Positions 1 to 10,800 of a DNA stretch of 64,000 nucleotides are shown piece after piece (the first letter of the stretch is position 1; each line of letters opens with the position of its first letter). Where the stretch lies: IMG/VR virus record IMGVR_UViG_3300043464_002149; one strand, written 5' to 3'. A model generated the notes under the pieces. It did no database searches. It saw nothing but the letters and a program-made list of their open reading frames with translations, and was not told the DNA's origin. The position numbers and the translations under genes are program-made. The stretch comes from a virus (taxonomy: Duplodnaviria > Caudoviricetes).

Positions 1-139
1 CCCCAACAACAACAACTTCTTTCAATTCTATTGAAGCTGTGTCTTTTTGAATTGTACCGCTACTTTGTTGTCCAAATGACATAGTAGTAGTAAACAATAA
101 TGCTAACATTAGCGATAGCATTTTGATTGTTTTTCTCAT
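1..139 (-). CDS. N-terminus of a Bacteroidota-type TonB-dependent receptor (partial, runs off the left edge)
   Basis: Translated by hand, absent from the ORF track: MRKTIKMLSLMLALLFTTTMSFGQQSSGTIQKDTASIELKEVVVVG. A signal peptide is followed by the LxEVVVxG motif typical of Bacteroidota TBDR/SusC N-termini. Confidence 0.7.
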   Translation of the reverse strand, partial: MRKTIKMLSLMLALLFTTTMSFGQQSSGTIQKDTASIELKEVVVVG

Positions 140-206
140 TTGTTTTTTTGTTTAAGAAAAGTTTATTATTAACTCTAATATAAACAAAAAAACGCGTAAA
201 AAGAAG

Positions 207-872
207 TTATTTACTTACTAAAAATATACCTAAACCATTCCAAAAATCACTGGAATCTTCACCGGAAGTATATAATTGTCTTGAATGTAAAATCGACAAA
301 TTGTTTTCGTCAACAAACTTTTCAAACGCACCACTATCCCAATTCCAATCGTCCATGATTATAATTGTTTCATTTGATATAATTGGTAGGATATTCTTTA
401 ACGCGATGTATTGATCATGAAATTTAGTTTCACCATCATAAAAAATAATATCTGGATTGGATAAAGTTTTGAAATCAAATAGCTGATAATCAGTTTTATA
501 TACAGATATCTTATCTACATCACCAAACTTTTTCACGTTAGATAAGAACTCTTCTTGTGGTAGCACGTCAATGTTATGTTTATAATAATTCCCCATTTTT
601 TGACTCACACCTTTTGGTGTTAAGTTGGGTGACATAAAGTTATCAATACCTATTGCATAGATATCGTTACCATAAATTGCTGAACAAAATGTTGCACCAC
701 GAAACACACCTATCTCTAGATATGTTGCACCATCAATATTGCAAATGTTATTTAAAAAACATTTAACCTTATTGCTTGTGATTCCATGAATATCTAAAAT
801 GTCTTGAGTTAATTTTGATACTTCAAGTTTACCCCATTCAATTGAATCGTCTATATGTTTAATTAAGTCCAT
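207..872 (-). CDS. Class I SAM-dependent methyltransferase (Methyltransf_24-like)
   Basis: Motifs YLEIGVFRGAT, DIIFYDG and IIIMDDW. The likely start is MDLIK at 872, overlapping the upstream stop, rather than 905. Confidence 0.8.
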   Translation of the reverse strand: MDLIKHIDDSIEWGKLEVSKLTQDILDIHGITSNKVKCFLNNICNIDGATYLEIGVFRGATFCSAIYGNDIYAIGIDNFMSPNLTPKGVSQKMGNYYKHNIDVLPQEEFLSNVKKFGDVDKISVYKTDYQLFDFKTLSNPDIIFYDGETKFHDQYIALKNILPIISNETIIIMDDWNWDSGAFEKFVDENNLSILHSRQLYTSGEDSSDFWNGLGIFLVSK

Positions 873-1896
873 ATGATTTTTTCTTATGATCCGCAACAAT
901 ATCACAGTAATTACAATCCCAGCATTGGAATTTACATTTCTTTATTTTATTTCTCCAACCCTTAAGTTCTTCGTGTGGTATACCATCCAAATATATTTCA
1001 GATGTTTTAGATAAGACATTTTTATCTGCAGCATATGAATCAACAATCTCCATCGTTTCATCTAATCGATTAAAACTATCTCTACCATGCATTTTGAAAA
1101 CATCAATGTATTCTAAGAACTCATCAAACTCTTCTTTGAATGGAGGAATGGTACCGGTTTTAAAGAAGAACGCATTAATATCTTTCTCCCATTTATGTTC
1201 ACAAGTTACTTTAGATATCTCATGATGAAAATATGGTAATTCATTATTGGTTCTAAGATTGTTATATGAATAATGTTCATCCATAACTGGGCATCTACCT
1301 AAACATCCTTCATTAACTAGTAATGATAGTTTTACATATCTACCTTTCTCTTCGTAATATTTTAATTGTGCTCTCTTGATGTTTTTTAATTCTTCAACAT
1401 CTCTCATTAAAATCCTATCAAGATTAATGTAATCAAATCCTTGATCAGCATTATACCAGAAGTCTTGTCCGGTTGCAACTTTTCTTAAAATGGTATTTTT
1501 AATTTCCATTTCAGGAAAGTGTTTCTTTAAACCCATCGCCACCCAATGACCGTGTGGGATGGTGATACACCTTAAACCTTTTTCATATAAAGGTTTTAAA
1601 TTATCAACAAACAATTTGTAGTTGTCATATCTAGGGGAAACATTAACATTATTAAATGTTGCACTTATTTTAATACCCAATGCTTGTTGAATGATCATTG
1701 CATTTTCAAAAACAATATCTCTGTCTTCATCTCTGAACACAGCGCCCATTGCATCTTGAGTAAATGGTGGAACTCTACAGGTAAAATAAATGTCATATAT
1801 CCATTCCTTATTTCTTTCTAAGAATGGATAAAATTTATTCATAAACATATCTTCCGACATCATCGGATTAAGTGGTATTGAGAATATTTTTTTCAT
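859..1896 (-). CDS. Peptidase U32-family (Fe-S, hydroxylase-like) protein
   Basis: LLVNEGCLGRCP Cys cluster, DVFKMHGR resembling the U32 KIEGR motif, and a C-terminal CKFQCWDCNYC cluster. Confidence 0.7.
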   Translation of the reverse strand: MKKIFSIPLNPMMSEDMFMNKFYPFLERNKEWIYDIYFTCRVPPFTQDAMGAVFRDEDRDIVFENAMIIQQALGIKISATFNNVNVSPRYDNYKLFVDNLKPLYEKGLRCITIPHGHWVAMGLKKHFPEMEIKNTILRKVATGQDFWYNADQGFDYINLDRILMRDVEELKNIKRAQLKYYEEKGRYVKLSLLVNEGCLGRCPVMDEHYSYNNLRTNNELPYFHHEISKVTCEHKWEKDINAFFFKTGTIPPFKEEFDEFLEYIDVFKMHGRDSFNRLDETMEIVDSYAADKNVLSKTSEIYLDGIPHEELKGWRNKIKKCKFQCWDCNYCDIVADHKKKSYGLN

Positions 1897-2897
1897 TATT
1901 TGTTACCTTCTAGACATCCACCACATATACCATTACAATCGCTCTTATAAAAGACACAATCTAAACAGTCTTGTGGTACGGTATAATTTTTATGATTTGC
2001 AATATAAAGTTTATCAAACTCGTCCCTTAAATCTAATATACCACTTTTAGCTGATATTTCCAAAACATTATCAATCTTTACTTTATCCTGTAGTGGATAA
2101 CAATGAATTGAACTTCCGTCTGGGAAAACGTCCAATGGCATAAATCCACATATGGTATCATATTCGGGGATCTTAAAGGTAGCAAAATTCAAAGAATTCT
2201 CTAAAACAGCTTTCTTTGTCTTCCCTTCCCATAAACAAGGTGGAACTTGACAATCTGAAGTAATCTTAATACCGTTATATAAGCCGAATTTAAGGATCTT
2301 AGTGATCTCCGCACCCATTTCCTTATTATTGATAAGATAAGTCCCTGTAAGGTCTAAACCGACCCTAATTGCATTTATTTTACCATCTAGCTCGTGGTAT
2401 AACCATTTGATGTATTCGTAGAAGTTTCTATCCTTCCAGTCTTTAGACATCGTTACAGCTAAATAAAGCCTTGGGTTAGTATCAAACCCCCAGGTATTAG
2501 CATAAGCCTTGTAAATTTCCAAATAGTTCTTTTTAAATAAAACTATTCTATTTTTTTCATTAAGTTCTGCTGCATTGGGGAACACCCATCGAATATTCTT
2601 GATATTTTCTATTAGATAATCCCTTGTTGTTTTACTGAATAAGAAATTACTAACTAAATTTACCTTTATATTCTTTGAAAAAATATAATCCAGAATACCA
2701 ATAAAATTAGGATGTTGTGTTGGTTCACCACCAAGGATTGTTATTTCCTCTTGCGGTGTATCTAAATGATAATGGTTGATAATCTTATCAACCATTTCTA
2801 ATGACATGTCGCCTAATGTATGGTTTAATCTTGCATCTTCTTTAGTGAAACAAAATGAACAACCTTTAGCACATGTCCCATTAATTGCTAAATTCAT
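1896..2897 (-). CDS. Radical SAM protein with C-terminal SPASM-like domain
   Basis: CAKGCSFC (CxxxCxxC), GGEPTQHP, and C-terminal HCYP...CLDC...CNGICGGC. Confidence 0.9.
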   Translation of the reverse strand: MNLAINGTCAKGCSFCFTKEDARLNHTLGDMSLEMVDKIINHYHLDTPQEEITILGGEPTQHPNFIGILDYIFSKNIKVNLVSNFLFSKTTRDYLIENIKNIRWVFPNAAELNEKNRIVLFKKNYLEIYKAYANTWGFDTNPRLYLAVTMSKDWKDRNFYEYIKWLYHELDGKINAIRVGLDLTGTYLINNKEMGAEITKILKFGLYNGIKITSDCQVPPCLWEGKTKKAVLENSLNFATFKIPEYDTICGFMPLDVFPDGSSIHCYPLQDKVKIDNVLEISAKSGILDLRDEFDKLYIANHKNYTVPQDCLDCVFYKSDCNGICGGCLEGNK

Positions 2898-2908
2898 TAA
2901 ATTTTTTT

Positions 2909-3649
2909 TTAGAAGTCCATTCTCAATGTAAGAGGTGTTGTTGAAACGTTTTCATCCTCTTTTTGTTGTTTACTCATTGCCACACCAAACTTTTCATGTT
3001 TCAATCTGTGGCAATCTGCGATATTTTGACAATCTTTAATTCTTTCTTCCAATAATTGTTGTTCTAATAACAAGTTAGCTAACTTGGTATTATAATCAGT
3101 TACGTTATTGATAATTTTTTGAACAAATGTTGCTTTATCAATTCCTCTACCTGTTGATAATACATCGATGATCGGTGTTTGATAATCACTATCTGCCGTC
3201 CAACCAAACGCCTCTCTCTTTTGTTCTTCCCATGTATCTTTTTCTAAGATAGATGCATCCACCATTAATTCTTTATATCTTTCAGAGAATCTATCAGCAA
3301 CAAGTTTTCTCATAACAGCCTTGTTAAATGCAACACCAGCAGCTTTGTCCTCATCAGTTAAAAAGTGTTTTACTTTTTGTTCATCCGTTTCTCCAGATTC
3401 CGCTAATTGAGGAATCTCATCCATGATATGAGAATTAGTTCTAACACTAATATAATCTTTATAGATGTCAGCAAATACAAATCCTCTAGCAACTTCTGGT
3501 GGAATAATTGCTGCCCCAAGTTTATTAAGTTCAACCCTCATATCATTGTACTCATCCGCAATTCTACCATAGTTGTAATTTAAATACATACCAACAACCT
3601 GAATATATCCTGGAACGTTACCTTGTAGTTTAAAAATTATATGTGTCAT
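2909..3649 (-). CDS. Phage tail-fibre-associated/assembly-like protein
   Basis: EKDTWEEQKREA...TPIIDVLSTGRGIDK motif recalled from phage fibre-adjacent proteins, plus genomic context. Confidence 0.5.
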   Translation of the reverse strand: MTHIIFKLQGNVPGYIQVVGMYLNYNYGRIADEYNDMRVELNKLGAAIIPPEVARGFVFADIYKDYISVRTNSHIMDEIPQLAESGETDEQKVKHFLTDEDKAAGVAFNKAVMRKLVADRFSERYKELMVDASILEKDTWEEQKREAFGWTADSDYQTPIIDVLSTGRGIDKATFVQKIINNVTDYNTKLANLLLEQQLLEERIKDCQNIADCHRLKHEKFGVAMSKQQKEDENVSTTPLTLRMDF

Positions 3650-4410
3650 TATAATAGTTTTTCTGTTTCAATCTTATTTGAGTTATCTAACTTCAATTGG
3701 TTTTTTAATGATTCTTCAATTGAGAAATTATTTGTTGTTGCTTGTGTCATCAAGTGATTAATATTTCTATCAATAGATATTGTGTATGCTGATGCAAGTG
3801 TTAAAACTTGTTTTTGTTGTTCAGGGTCCATCATTAAAATTGAATCTAAATTACCAGTCCCAATTCTACCATATGAAATCATATCCAACATTGCTTGTTT
3901 AGCCATACGAACTGTCCAATATTCATGTTCATATTTTTCTTCTAATTCTGGATTACCAAATACATCAATCAATTTAGTTCCATCTGGAAGAACAGCTTCT
4001 TCGGTCTCTAAAAACTCTTTAATTAATTCTATAAAGCCTTGTCTTTCTCTGTAAGCATCTCTTAAGTTTCTTTTAAACTTTCTTAAATCAATAAGTTTAT
4101 CAGCAACTGTTAGATCGATCATCTCTTTTCTTTTAGAGTCGGTAATAAACTCTTTACTTTCCTTATCCATTTCGATTTCAAGTTCAGCTTTTCTTACTGT
4201 ATACTCGAGATGTTCAACAGCATCTTCTCTACCTCTTAATTCTAATAACCACTGTTTTAATTTAGCATATGACGTTATTTGTGCACCGCCTACGAAATTA
4301 TACGCTTTGTACTTTGGTAGTGCAAAAGACATACTTTCAGAAATCTTCATTAGTTTTTCATCAAACGGGTTGTTTAAATTTTGTTCTCTGTCATATTTGT
4401 AACCTTCCAT
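3649..4410 (-). CDS. Coiled-coil hypothetical phage protein
   Basis: 253-aa ORF with QITSYAKLKQWLLEL and a helical charged region; TAATG coupling to the next gene. Confidence 0.6.
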   Translation of the reverse strand: MEGYKYDREQNLNNPFDEKLMKISESMSFALPKYKAYNFVGGAQITSYAKLKQWLLELRGREDAVEHLEYTVRKAELEIEMDKESKEFITDSKRKEMIDLTVADKLIDLRKFKRNLRDAYRERQGFIELIKEFLETEEAVLPDGTKLIDVFGNPELEEKYEHEYWTVRMAKQAMLDMISYGRIGTGNLDSILMMDPEQQKQVLTLASAYTISIDRNINHLMTQATTNNFSIEESLKNQLKLDNSNKIETEKLL

Positions 4411-4418
4411 AAATAAAT

Positions 4419-4462
4419 TGTTTTGTTATAATATAAGTAATTTTTTTTGAATTATCAACTAT
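4419..4462 (-). promoter_or_regulatory. Putative sigma70-like promoter upstream of the 4410 gene
   Basis: The minus strand reads TTGATA-17 nt-TATATT. Confidence 0.5.
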
Positions 4463-5571
4463 TGTCTCCAACCACAATGGCCAGAAGACGTTCCTGCATT
4501 AACACCAGGGTTTAATCCGGTAATACTAGTTGAGCCAACATCCGTTGCATACCAAAACTTCCAACTAACATTGTTCTGTGCCCCATCATAATTTCCTAAC
4601 ATATATTGCCAATCTTGACCTAATGTAAAGTTTTCTTCCCCACAGTTTGGATGTGGTTTTGAAACATTCCCGATATTAGTATCATTAGAATTGCTCCATC
4701 TTCTTAAATTATAACCACCATTATAACTTCCCTCATTTCCAGCATACCCCTTACCAACTTTTGAGCTAATCCCCTTTTGTTGTGAATGGTTACCCCATTG
4801 ACTAGATGAACTAGGTGTTTCATTGGAAAAATTAAATTTAATACCAGCAGATGATGTCCAAGCGTAACCAAAACTTTCATCAAAAAATGCTCCAGCACCA
4901 TCGTCGCCACTAATTGATGAAACCCCAAATCCACTTACATAGCTTTCGTTCGATAAATTAAATTTTTCAATCGTTGTTGATCCGCCAGAAAACAAATATG
5001 CTATCTCAGTTTCTTTTTGCATAGTTCCAAGATCACTTCTAGCAATACCAGTGTTGAATTTTGTTTGGTGTGCGTAATTTGTGTCCGTAATCATATTGAT
5101 AGCAGCTGTTCTCGTTCCATGTATTGTTCCGGCACTTTTCCACGCCCCGTCATCATTTACAGACCAAAGAAAAAGTATCGATTTACTACACGCTCCGGAT
5201 GTATATGAAATTGGGTAATCTAATAGTTCACCAATGTGTGTTGTTTGATCAATAAGATTAACTGTTTTGTGAACATTTCTCCAAGGTGATGAGTCTTTGT
5301 AACCACCAGCTAAATAAGAATAATTAATTACTTGTCTATATCTAAATGCGGTAGGTTGTGTTTCTTGTGCAGCGATTCTTTCCCAACCGTCATCAATGTT
5401 TGATACACCAGTATACAACATCAAATAACTACTTCCACTACTTGATGTTTCAAGGTATAATGAACCTGAACGAGGACTTGATGGTCTATTTGCTCTAGTG
5501 CCTCTTGGTGGTCTATTAACAACCCTATCTGATGCTAAGCTTCCACTAACTTCTAAATTCTCGTATAACAT
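4459..5571 (-). CDS. Tail-associated beta-propeller-like protein, paralog 3
   Basis: N-terminal RPxSPxxGSLY...YTG...W anchor motif, Gly/aromatic repeats, C-terminus SSGHCGWRQ; clearly paralogous to the two neighbouring ORFs. Confidence 0.6.
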   Translation of the reverse strand: MLYENLEVSGSLASDRVVNRPPRGTRANRPSSPRSGSLYLETSSSGSSYLMLYTGVSNIDDGWERIAAQETQPTAFRYRQVINYSYLAGGYKDSSPWRNVHKTVNLIDQTTHIGELLDYPISYTSGACSKSILFLWSVNDDGAWKSAGTIHGTRTAAINMITDTNYAHQTKFNTGIARSDLGTMQKETEIAYLFSGGSTTIEKFNLSNESYVSGFGVSSISGDDGAGAFFDESFGYAWTSSAGIKFNFSNETPSSSSQWGNHSQQKGISSKVGKGYAGNEGSYNGGYNLRRWSNSNDTNIGNVSKPHPNCGEENFTLGQDWQYMLGNYDGAQNNVSWKFWYATDVGSTSITGLNPGVNAGTSSGHCGWRQ

Positions 5572-5583
5572 TTTATTTATAAT

Positions 5584-6690
5584 TTATGCTCTCCAACCAC
5601 AATGTCCAGAAGATGTTCCACCATTAACGCCGGGTGCTAATCCACTTACGCTGGTGGTTCCTGTATCCGTTGTGTAGCTGAATTTCCAACTTGTATTATT
5701 TTGTGCGCCATCATAATTACCTAACATATATTGATGATCCTGACCCATTGTGAAATTTTCTTCTCCACAGTTTGGATGTGGTTTTGCCACATTACCAATA
5801 TTAGTGTCGCTGGCATTGCTCCATCTTCTTAAGTTATATCCGCCACTATATGACCCTTCATTTCCCGCATATCCTTTACCAACTTTTGAGCTAATCCCCT
5901 TTTGTTGCGCGTGTGCTGACCAATGAACAGATGATGAAAATGTTTCAGACGCAAAACTAAACTTGATACCTTCGCTAGATGTCCAACCGTATCCAAAGTT
6001 TTCATCAGAAAATGCACTACCACCATCACTACCATTTATTGTTGTTAAATTGAACCCAGTCATAATTGTTTCATTACTTAAATCAAATTTGTCAACAATA
6101 GAACTACCAGCGGAAAACATGTATGCAAATTCTGTTTCTTTATGCATAGTAGCAACATCGCTCCTTGCGGTTGTTATGTTAAACTTAGTTTGGTGTGTAT
6201 ATTTGGTATCATTTGCCATATTAATTGCTGATGTTCTAACACCATTAACATCACTTGGTCCTTTAAATGCATTATCTTCATTAACGGACCAAACAAAAAA
6301 GATATATTTACTACAAGCCCCCGAAGTATATGATGCAGCGTAATCTAATAGTTCACCAATATGTGTTGTTTGATCAGTAGAATTAATTGTTTTATGAACA
6401 TTCTTCCATGGTGATGAGTTTTTGTAACCACCAGCTAAATAGGAAACACTAATTATTTGTCTAAATTTAAAACCAACATTTGAGTTAACTTGGGAAGAAA
6501 CTCTAACCCACCCATTATCCCCATTATTTAAACCGGTATAAACCATTAAAAAACTACCACTTGCCGCTTCTTCAAGATATAGTGATCCTGTAACAGGACT
6601 TCCCGGTCTGTTTGCTCTCGAACCTCTAGGTGGTTTTGATACCCCCTGAACTCTTAATGAACCACTAATTTCTATATTGTCATGACGCAT
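5584..6690 (-). CDS. Tail-associated beta-propeller-like protein, paralog 2
   Basis: Shares QQKGISSKxGKGYAGNEG, HPNCGEENFT and the SSGHCGWR C-terminus with its neighbours. Confidence 0.6.
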   Translation of the reverse strand: MRHDNIEISGSLRVQGVSKPPRGSRANRPGSPVTGSLYLEEAASGSFLMVYTGLNNGDNGWVRVSSQVNSNVGFKFRQIISVSYLAGGYKNSSPWKNVHKTINSTDQTTHIGELLDYAASYTSGACSKYIFFVWSVNEDNAFKGPSDVNGVRTSAINMANDTKYTHQTKFNITTARSDVATMHKETEFAYMFSAGSSIVDKFDLSNETIMTGFNLTTINGSDGGSAFSDENFGYGWTSSEGIKFSFASETFSSSVHWSAHAQQKGISSKVGKGYAGNEGSYSGGYNLRRWSNASDTNIGNVAKPHPNCGEENFTMGQDHQYMLGNYDGAQNNTSWKFSYTTDTGTTSVSGLAPGVNGGTSSGHCGWRA

Positions 6691-6708
6691 ATCCTATAAA
6701 TAGTTTTT

Positions 6709-7842
6709 TTAATTTCTCCATCCACAATGTCCTGATGATGTTCCTCCGTTAACACCCGGTGCTAATCCAGATGGGTTAACAGTTCCAGTATCGGTAGCAT
6801 AAATAAATTTCCAGCTTGTGTTATTTTGTAAACCATCATAATTTCCTAACATATATTGATGATCTTGGCCCATGGTGAAATTTTCTTCACCACAGTTTCC
6901 ATGTGGTTTTGCCACATTACCAATATTTGTTTCATTAAACACATTCCATCTTCTTAAGTTATAACCACCATTATAATTACCTTCATTTCCCGCATATCCT
7001 TTACCCCACTTGGAACTAATTCCCTTTTGTTGCCCACTGGCCCCCCATTGTTGATTATTAGTGAAGGTATCAGTTGCAAAGAATAGTTTGTTACCACTTT
7101 CCGATCCATAACCATAACCATAATTTTCATCAGAAAACCCAGAACAACCTAATGAACTGGTGATAGATGTTTTTAATGTTAGATATGGTGCCATATTAGG
7201 GTAATAAACACTATACATAACTTCGTTGGTTGAATTGAATTTTTCAACAGTTGCAACACCTCCCCCAAATACCCAAGCAAATTCTGTTTCTTGAAATAAA
7301 GTTCCTAAGTCATCTCTTGCATTTGCTAAATCCCATTTAGATTGGTGAGCATAAGCCGTTTCATTTACCATGTTTACTCCCGTTGTCCAAGTTGAATGTA
7401 TTTGTGTTGCGGATTTCCAGGCACCATCTGTGTTTGTTGACCAAACAAATAAAATAGTTTTACTACAATGACCAGATGTATATGATGCTGGATAATCCAT
7501 CAATTCTCCTAAGTGAACAGTTTGATCCGTTGCATTTGTTGTTCTATGAACATTTTTCCAAGGAGATGCATCTTTATAACCACCAGCCAAATAAGAATAA
7601 TTAATAATTTGTCTATATAAAAAACCAATTCTATCCGTGTTTTGTGAACCAACTGGTTCCCATCCATCATCTCTATTAGATACTGCGGTATATGTTACAA
7701 CAAAACTTCCACTATCAGATTCTTCAAGATAAAGAGACCCAATTTCTGGGCTTCCTGGTCTATTGGCTCTGGGTCCTCTGGGTATAATATATTGTCCACT
7801 AACATCTAATGAGCCACTAACAATTACATTTTCTCTTAACAT
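6709..7842 (-). CDS. Tail-associated beta-propeller-like protein, paralog 1
   Basis: Same motifs as the two downstream paralogs; ends SSGHCGWRN. Confidence 0.6.
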   Translation of the reverse strand: MLRENVIVSGSLDVSGQYIIPRGPRANRPGSPEIGSLYLEESDSGSFVVTYTAVSNRDDGWEPVGSQNTDRIGFLYRQIINYSYLAGGYKDASPWKNVHRTTNATDQTVHLGELMDYPASYTSGHCSKTILFVWSTNTDGAWKSATQIHSTWTTGVNMVNETAYAHQSKWDLANARDDLGTLFQETEFAWVFGGGVATVEKFNSTNEVMYSVYYPNMAPYLTLKTSITSSLGCSGFSDENYGYGYGSESGNKLFFATDTFTNNQQWGASGQQKGISSKWGKGYAGNEGNYNGGYNLRRWNVFNETNIGNVAKPHGNCGEENFTMGQDHQYMLGNYDGLQNNTSWKFIYATDTGTVNPSGLAPGVNGGTSSGHCGWRN

Positions 7843-7859
7843 ACTTTAATATACGTATT

Positions 7860-10800
7860 TTATCCGGTAACAACAAGTCTACCTGTTCTATTTGCTGCAA
7901 AAGTTACTGTAACTGTTGTAGATGTTATGTTTATTTCAGAAGGGAAGAACATATTATTACTACTATCAAATACTTGCGCAGTTAAGTTTGCAGTTCCTAA
8001 ATTGTGAGTAAAGCTAACACTTGACACGTTGGAGAATGTTGTTGAATTACTTAAAGCAACTCTCTTCCAAGACTGCCAAGTACCGTTGTTTTTTCCTCTA
8101 GCATACATGATACCTGTTCTGTAGTCACCGTATATTTGATGTTGCCAACTTGAACTGTATATTTGAGAGTACAGTGCACCATCTGTTGCGTTACCTGTTA
8201 GGTTGGTGCTGCTACCATCAACATTCGTTACATAAGTCATACCATTCGAGTCCAATGATTGAGCATTAACACCATCATTCGAACCTGTATTTCTAAATCC
8301 AACACCATCAATTTGATCTGCGCTCGTTGCAGTTGCGGCGTTACCAGTAATGCTGATACCCCATGTACCTGATGCATTACCACCTGTTAAGGTTGGTGAA
8401 TATGAATTATAGTTCGCTGATGATAACATTGTTAACCAGTTACCCCAGCTACCTGAATATCCTTGTCTGAAATAGAATGTACCGTTACCGGAAGTACCGT
8501 AAGTACCTTGAATTTGCCACATCGTATCACCGGCGCCCGCATGAAAAACTGGAGAATATGATAAAGCCGCACCCGACCCGTTTTCATTTCTATATACCGC
8601 TGAACTTCCGTTATTTACGTTTACCGAACCATTTCCTAAACTTGTAAGTGAAATGTTAGCCGCAGCTGTTGCGTTTGTAGCACTTGCAACTGCGCCATTT
8701 ATCTTTGAGCCCGCTAATAATGTTATCCAAGAAGGATCAGAATATGAACCATTTGTATATACACCATTTGTTACTGTTGCTGCATTACCACTAATACTAC
8801 CATTGTAAACACCAGTACTACTAATAGATGAGATAGTTGTTCCAGAATTTTGGAAAATAATTGATGGGTTTTGACCACCAGCACTTATGGTATTCGAATT
8901 AAGAGTGATATTACCCGCTCTTAATTCCATAAAGTCCTCCGCATCATTCTCAACTCTAATTGTTAATTTAGCTCTTTCGGATGCACCACCTGATGCATTA
9001 TTTTCAAAATATATCGATGCACCATCTGATGGGAAATTATTTCCCGATCTGAATTCTATACCACAGTTACCAGTACTATCTGATGCAGATGATGTTAATA
9101 TAATATTAGCATTAGTGGGTGCCCCCCAAGAACTTCTTCCTGTTGCAAGACCAGCACCAACTGTTAATCCAGCAAATGTTGGTGTATTCCCTGATCCAAC
9201 GTTTTGGTTAATCGTGAAAGCAGTAATATTAGATGCCGTACCTGATGTATTTTGATTACCAGTAGTGTTTACGCCTGGTAAATCAATATTTGCAGAACCA
9301 TTAAATGAAACACCACCAATTGTTCTTGCAGTTTGTAATGTTGTTGATGTGTTGGCATTACCAGTTGTATTTTGATTACCAGTAGTGTTTACACCAGGCA
9401 AATCAATATTTGCAGAACCATTAAATGAAACGCCACCTATATTTCTTGCTGTTTGTAATATTGTTGCACTTCCAGCATTACCCGAAATAGTTGTTTGATC
9501 TCCAGTATTTGTACCACTTAAATTAGATGCTGCAATTGTTCCTGTAACAACTAAATTACCTGTGGCGCTTTGTAATGACATTAATTCAACAGCCCCATTA
9601 GAGTACCAACCAAATTTAGGTACGGCACCTGAAGATGAATAAGCAGTATGATTAGGTACATGGAATGATAATGTTCTATTCGCAATATCAGATGCAAGAC
9701 CCATACCATATTGTCCTGAGCTTGCGCCTCTTGTGCCAAAACCATACATATACCAATCAGCAGTTGCACTATTGGTAATATTTGAGCTAAATGTTTTTGC
9801 ACCTCCAATTGTTTGATCACCAGTTGTATAAACACCATTTGTTACAGTTGCAGAATTACCATCAATTGAAACCCCTGTTAATGTTTGTGATGCAGACGAT
9901 CTACCTAATGATATTGATGTTGTACCAATATTAAATGATGAATTTGCTAATTTTGCATTTGTTACAGACGCATCAACTAATTGAGATGCATTGATTGTTT
10001 TATTTGTTAATGTTTGTGTTGCTGTTCTTAAAACAACATCATCTTCAGCACCTAACGGGCCAGCAATCCATTTATCATTTGTTGTATCCCATAATAATGA
10101 ACCAGATGTTGTTGTTGGTGATGTTGCGTCTCTAACAACAATACCTGCGTTAGTTGCACCAGAACCATTTAATTGAATGATGTTATCACCTATTGCAACC
10201 GTTGTTGAATTAACAGTAGTTGTTGTACCCGATACCGTAAAATTACCTTTAATAGTAACATCAGCACCACTTAAACTAAACGCACTATTAAATGAGTTTG
10301 TAAATGTATTCAAACTACTTGTAGCAGTATGAATTGCATTTATATTTGTATTGTTACTAGCAGTATATGAATTTAATGAACTTGTAGCGACTTGTAATGT
10401 GCCTATAACTGTATTGTTACTACCAGTATATGTGTTTAATGAAGCAATCGAACCAGTAACACCTTCTATTGAATTTAATCTACCACCGGCACTTGAAGTA
10501 AAACTATTTAAACTAGCGGTTGCAGTATGAATAGCGTTGATGTTGGTGGTGTTAGAACTTGTATAAGAATTTAAAGATGATGTTGCAGTGTGAATTGCAC
10601 TTATGTTAGTATTATTACTACTCGTGTAACTATTCAAACTACTTGTGGCAGTATGAATTGCATTTATATTAGTTGTATTAGAACTAGTATACGAATTCAA
10701 TGAACCTGTTGTAGTTTCAATAGCTGTTAATCTACTATTTTGTCCACTAATAGTTGTATTATTTGAACTAGTATAACTATTCAAACTACTTGTTGCAGTT

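Noticed and set aside
873-905. Longer start (905) for the left methyltransferase
   Set aside because: The extension overlaps the U32 Cys-rich C-terminus; the ATG at 872 gives a typical short overlap.
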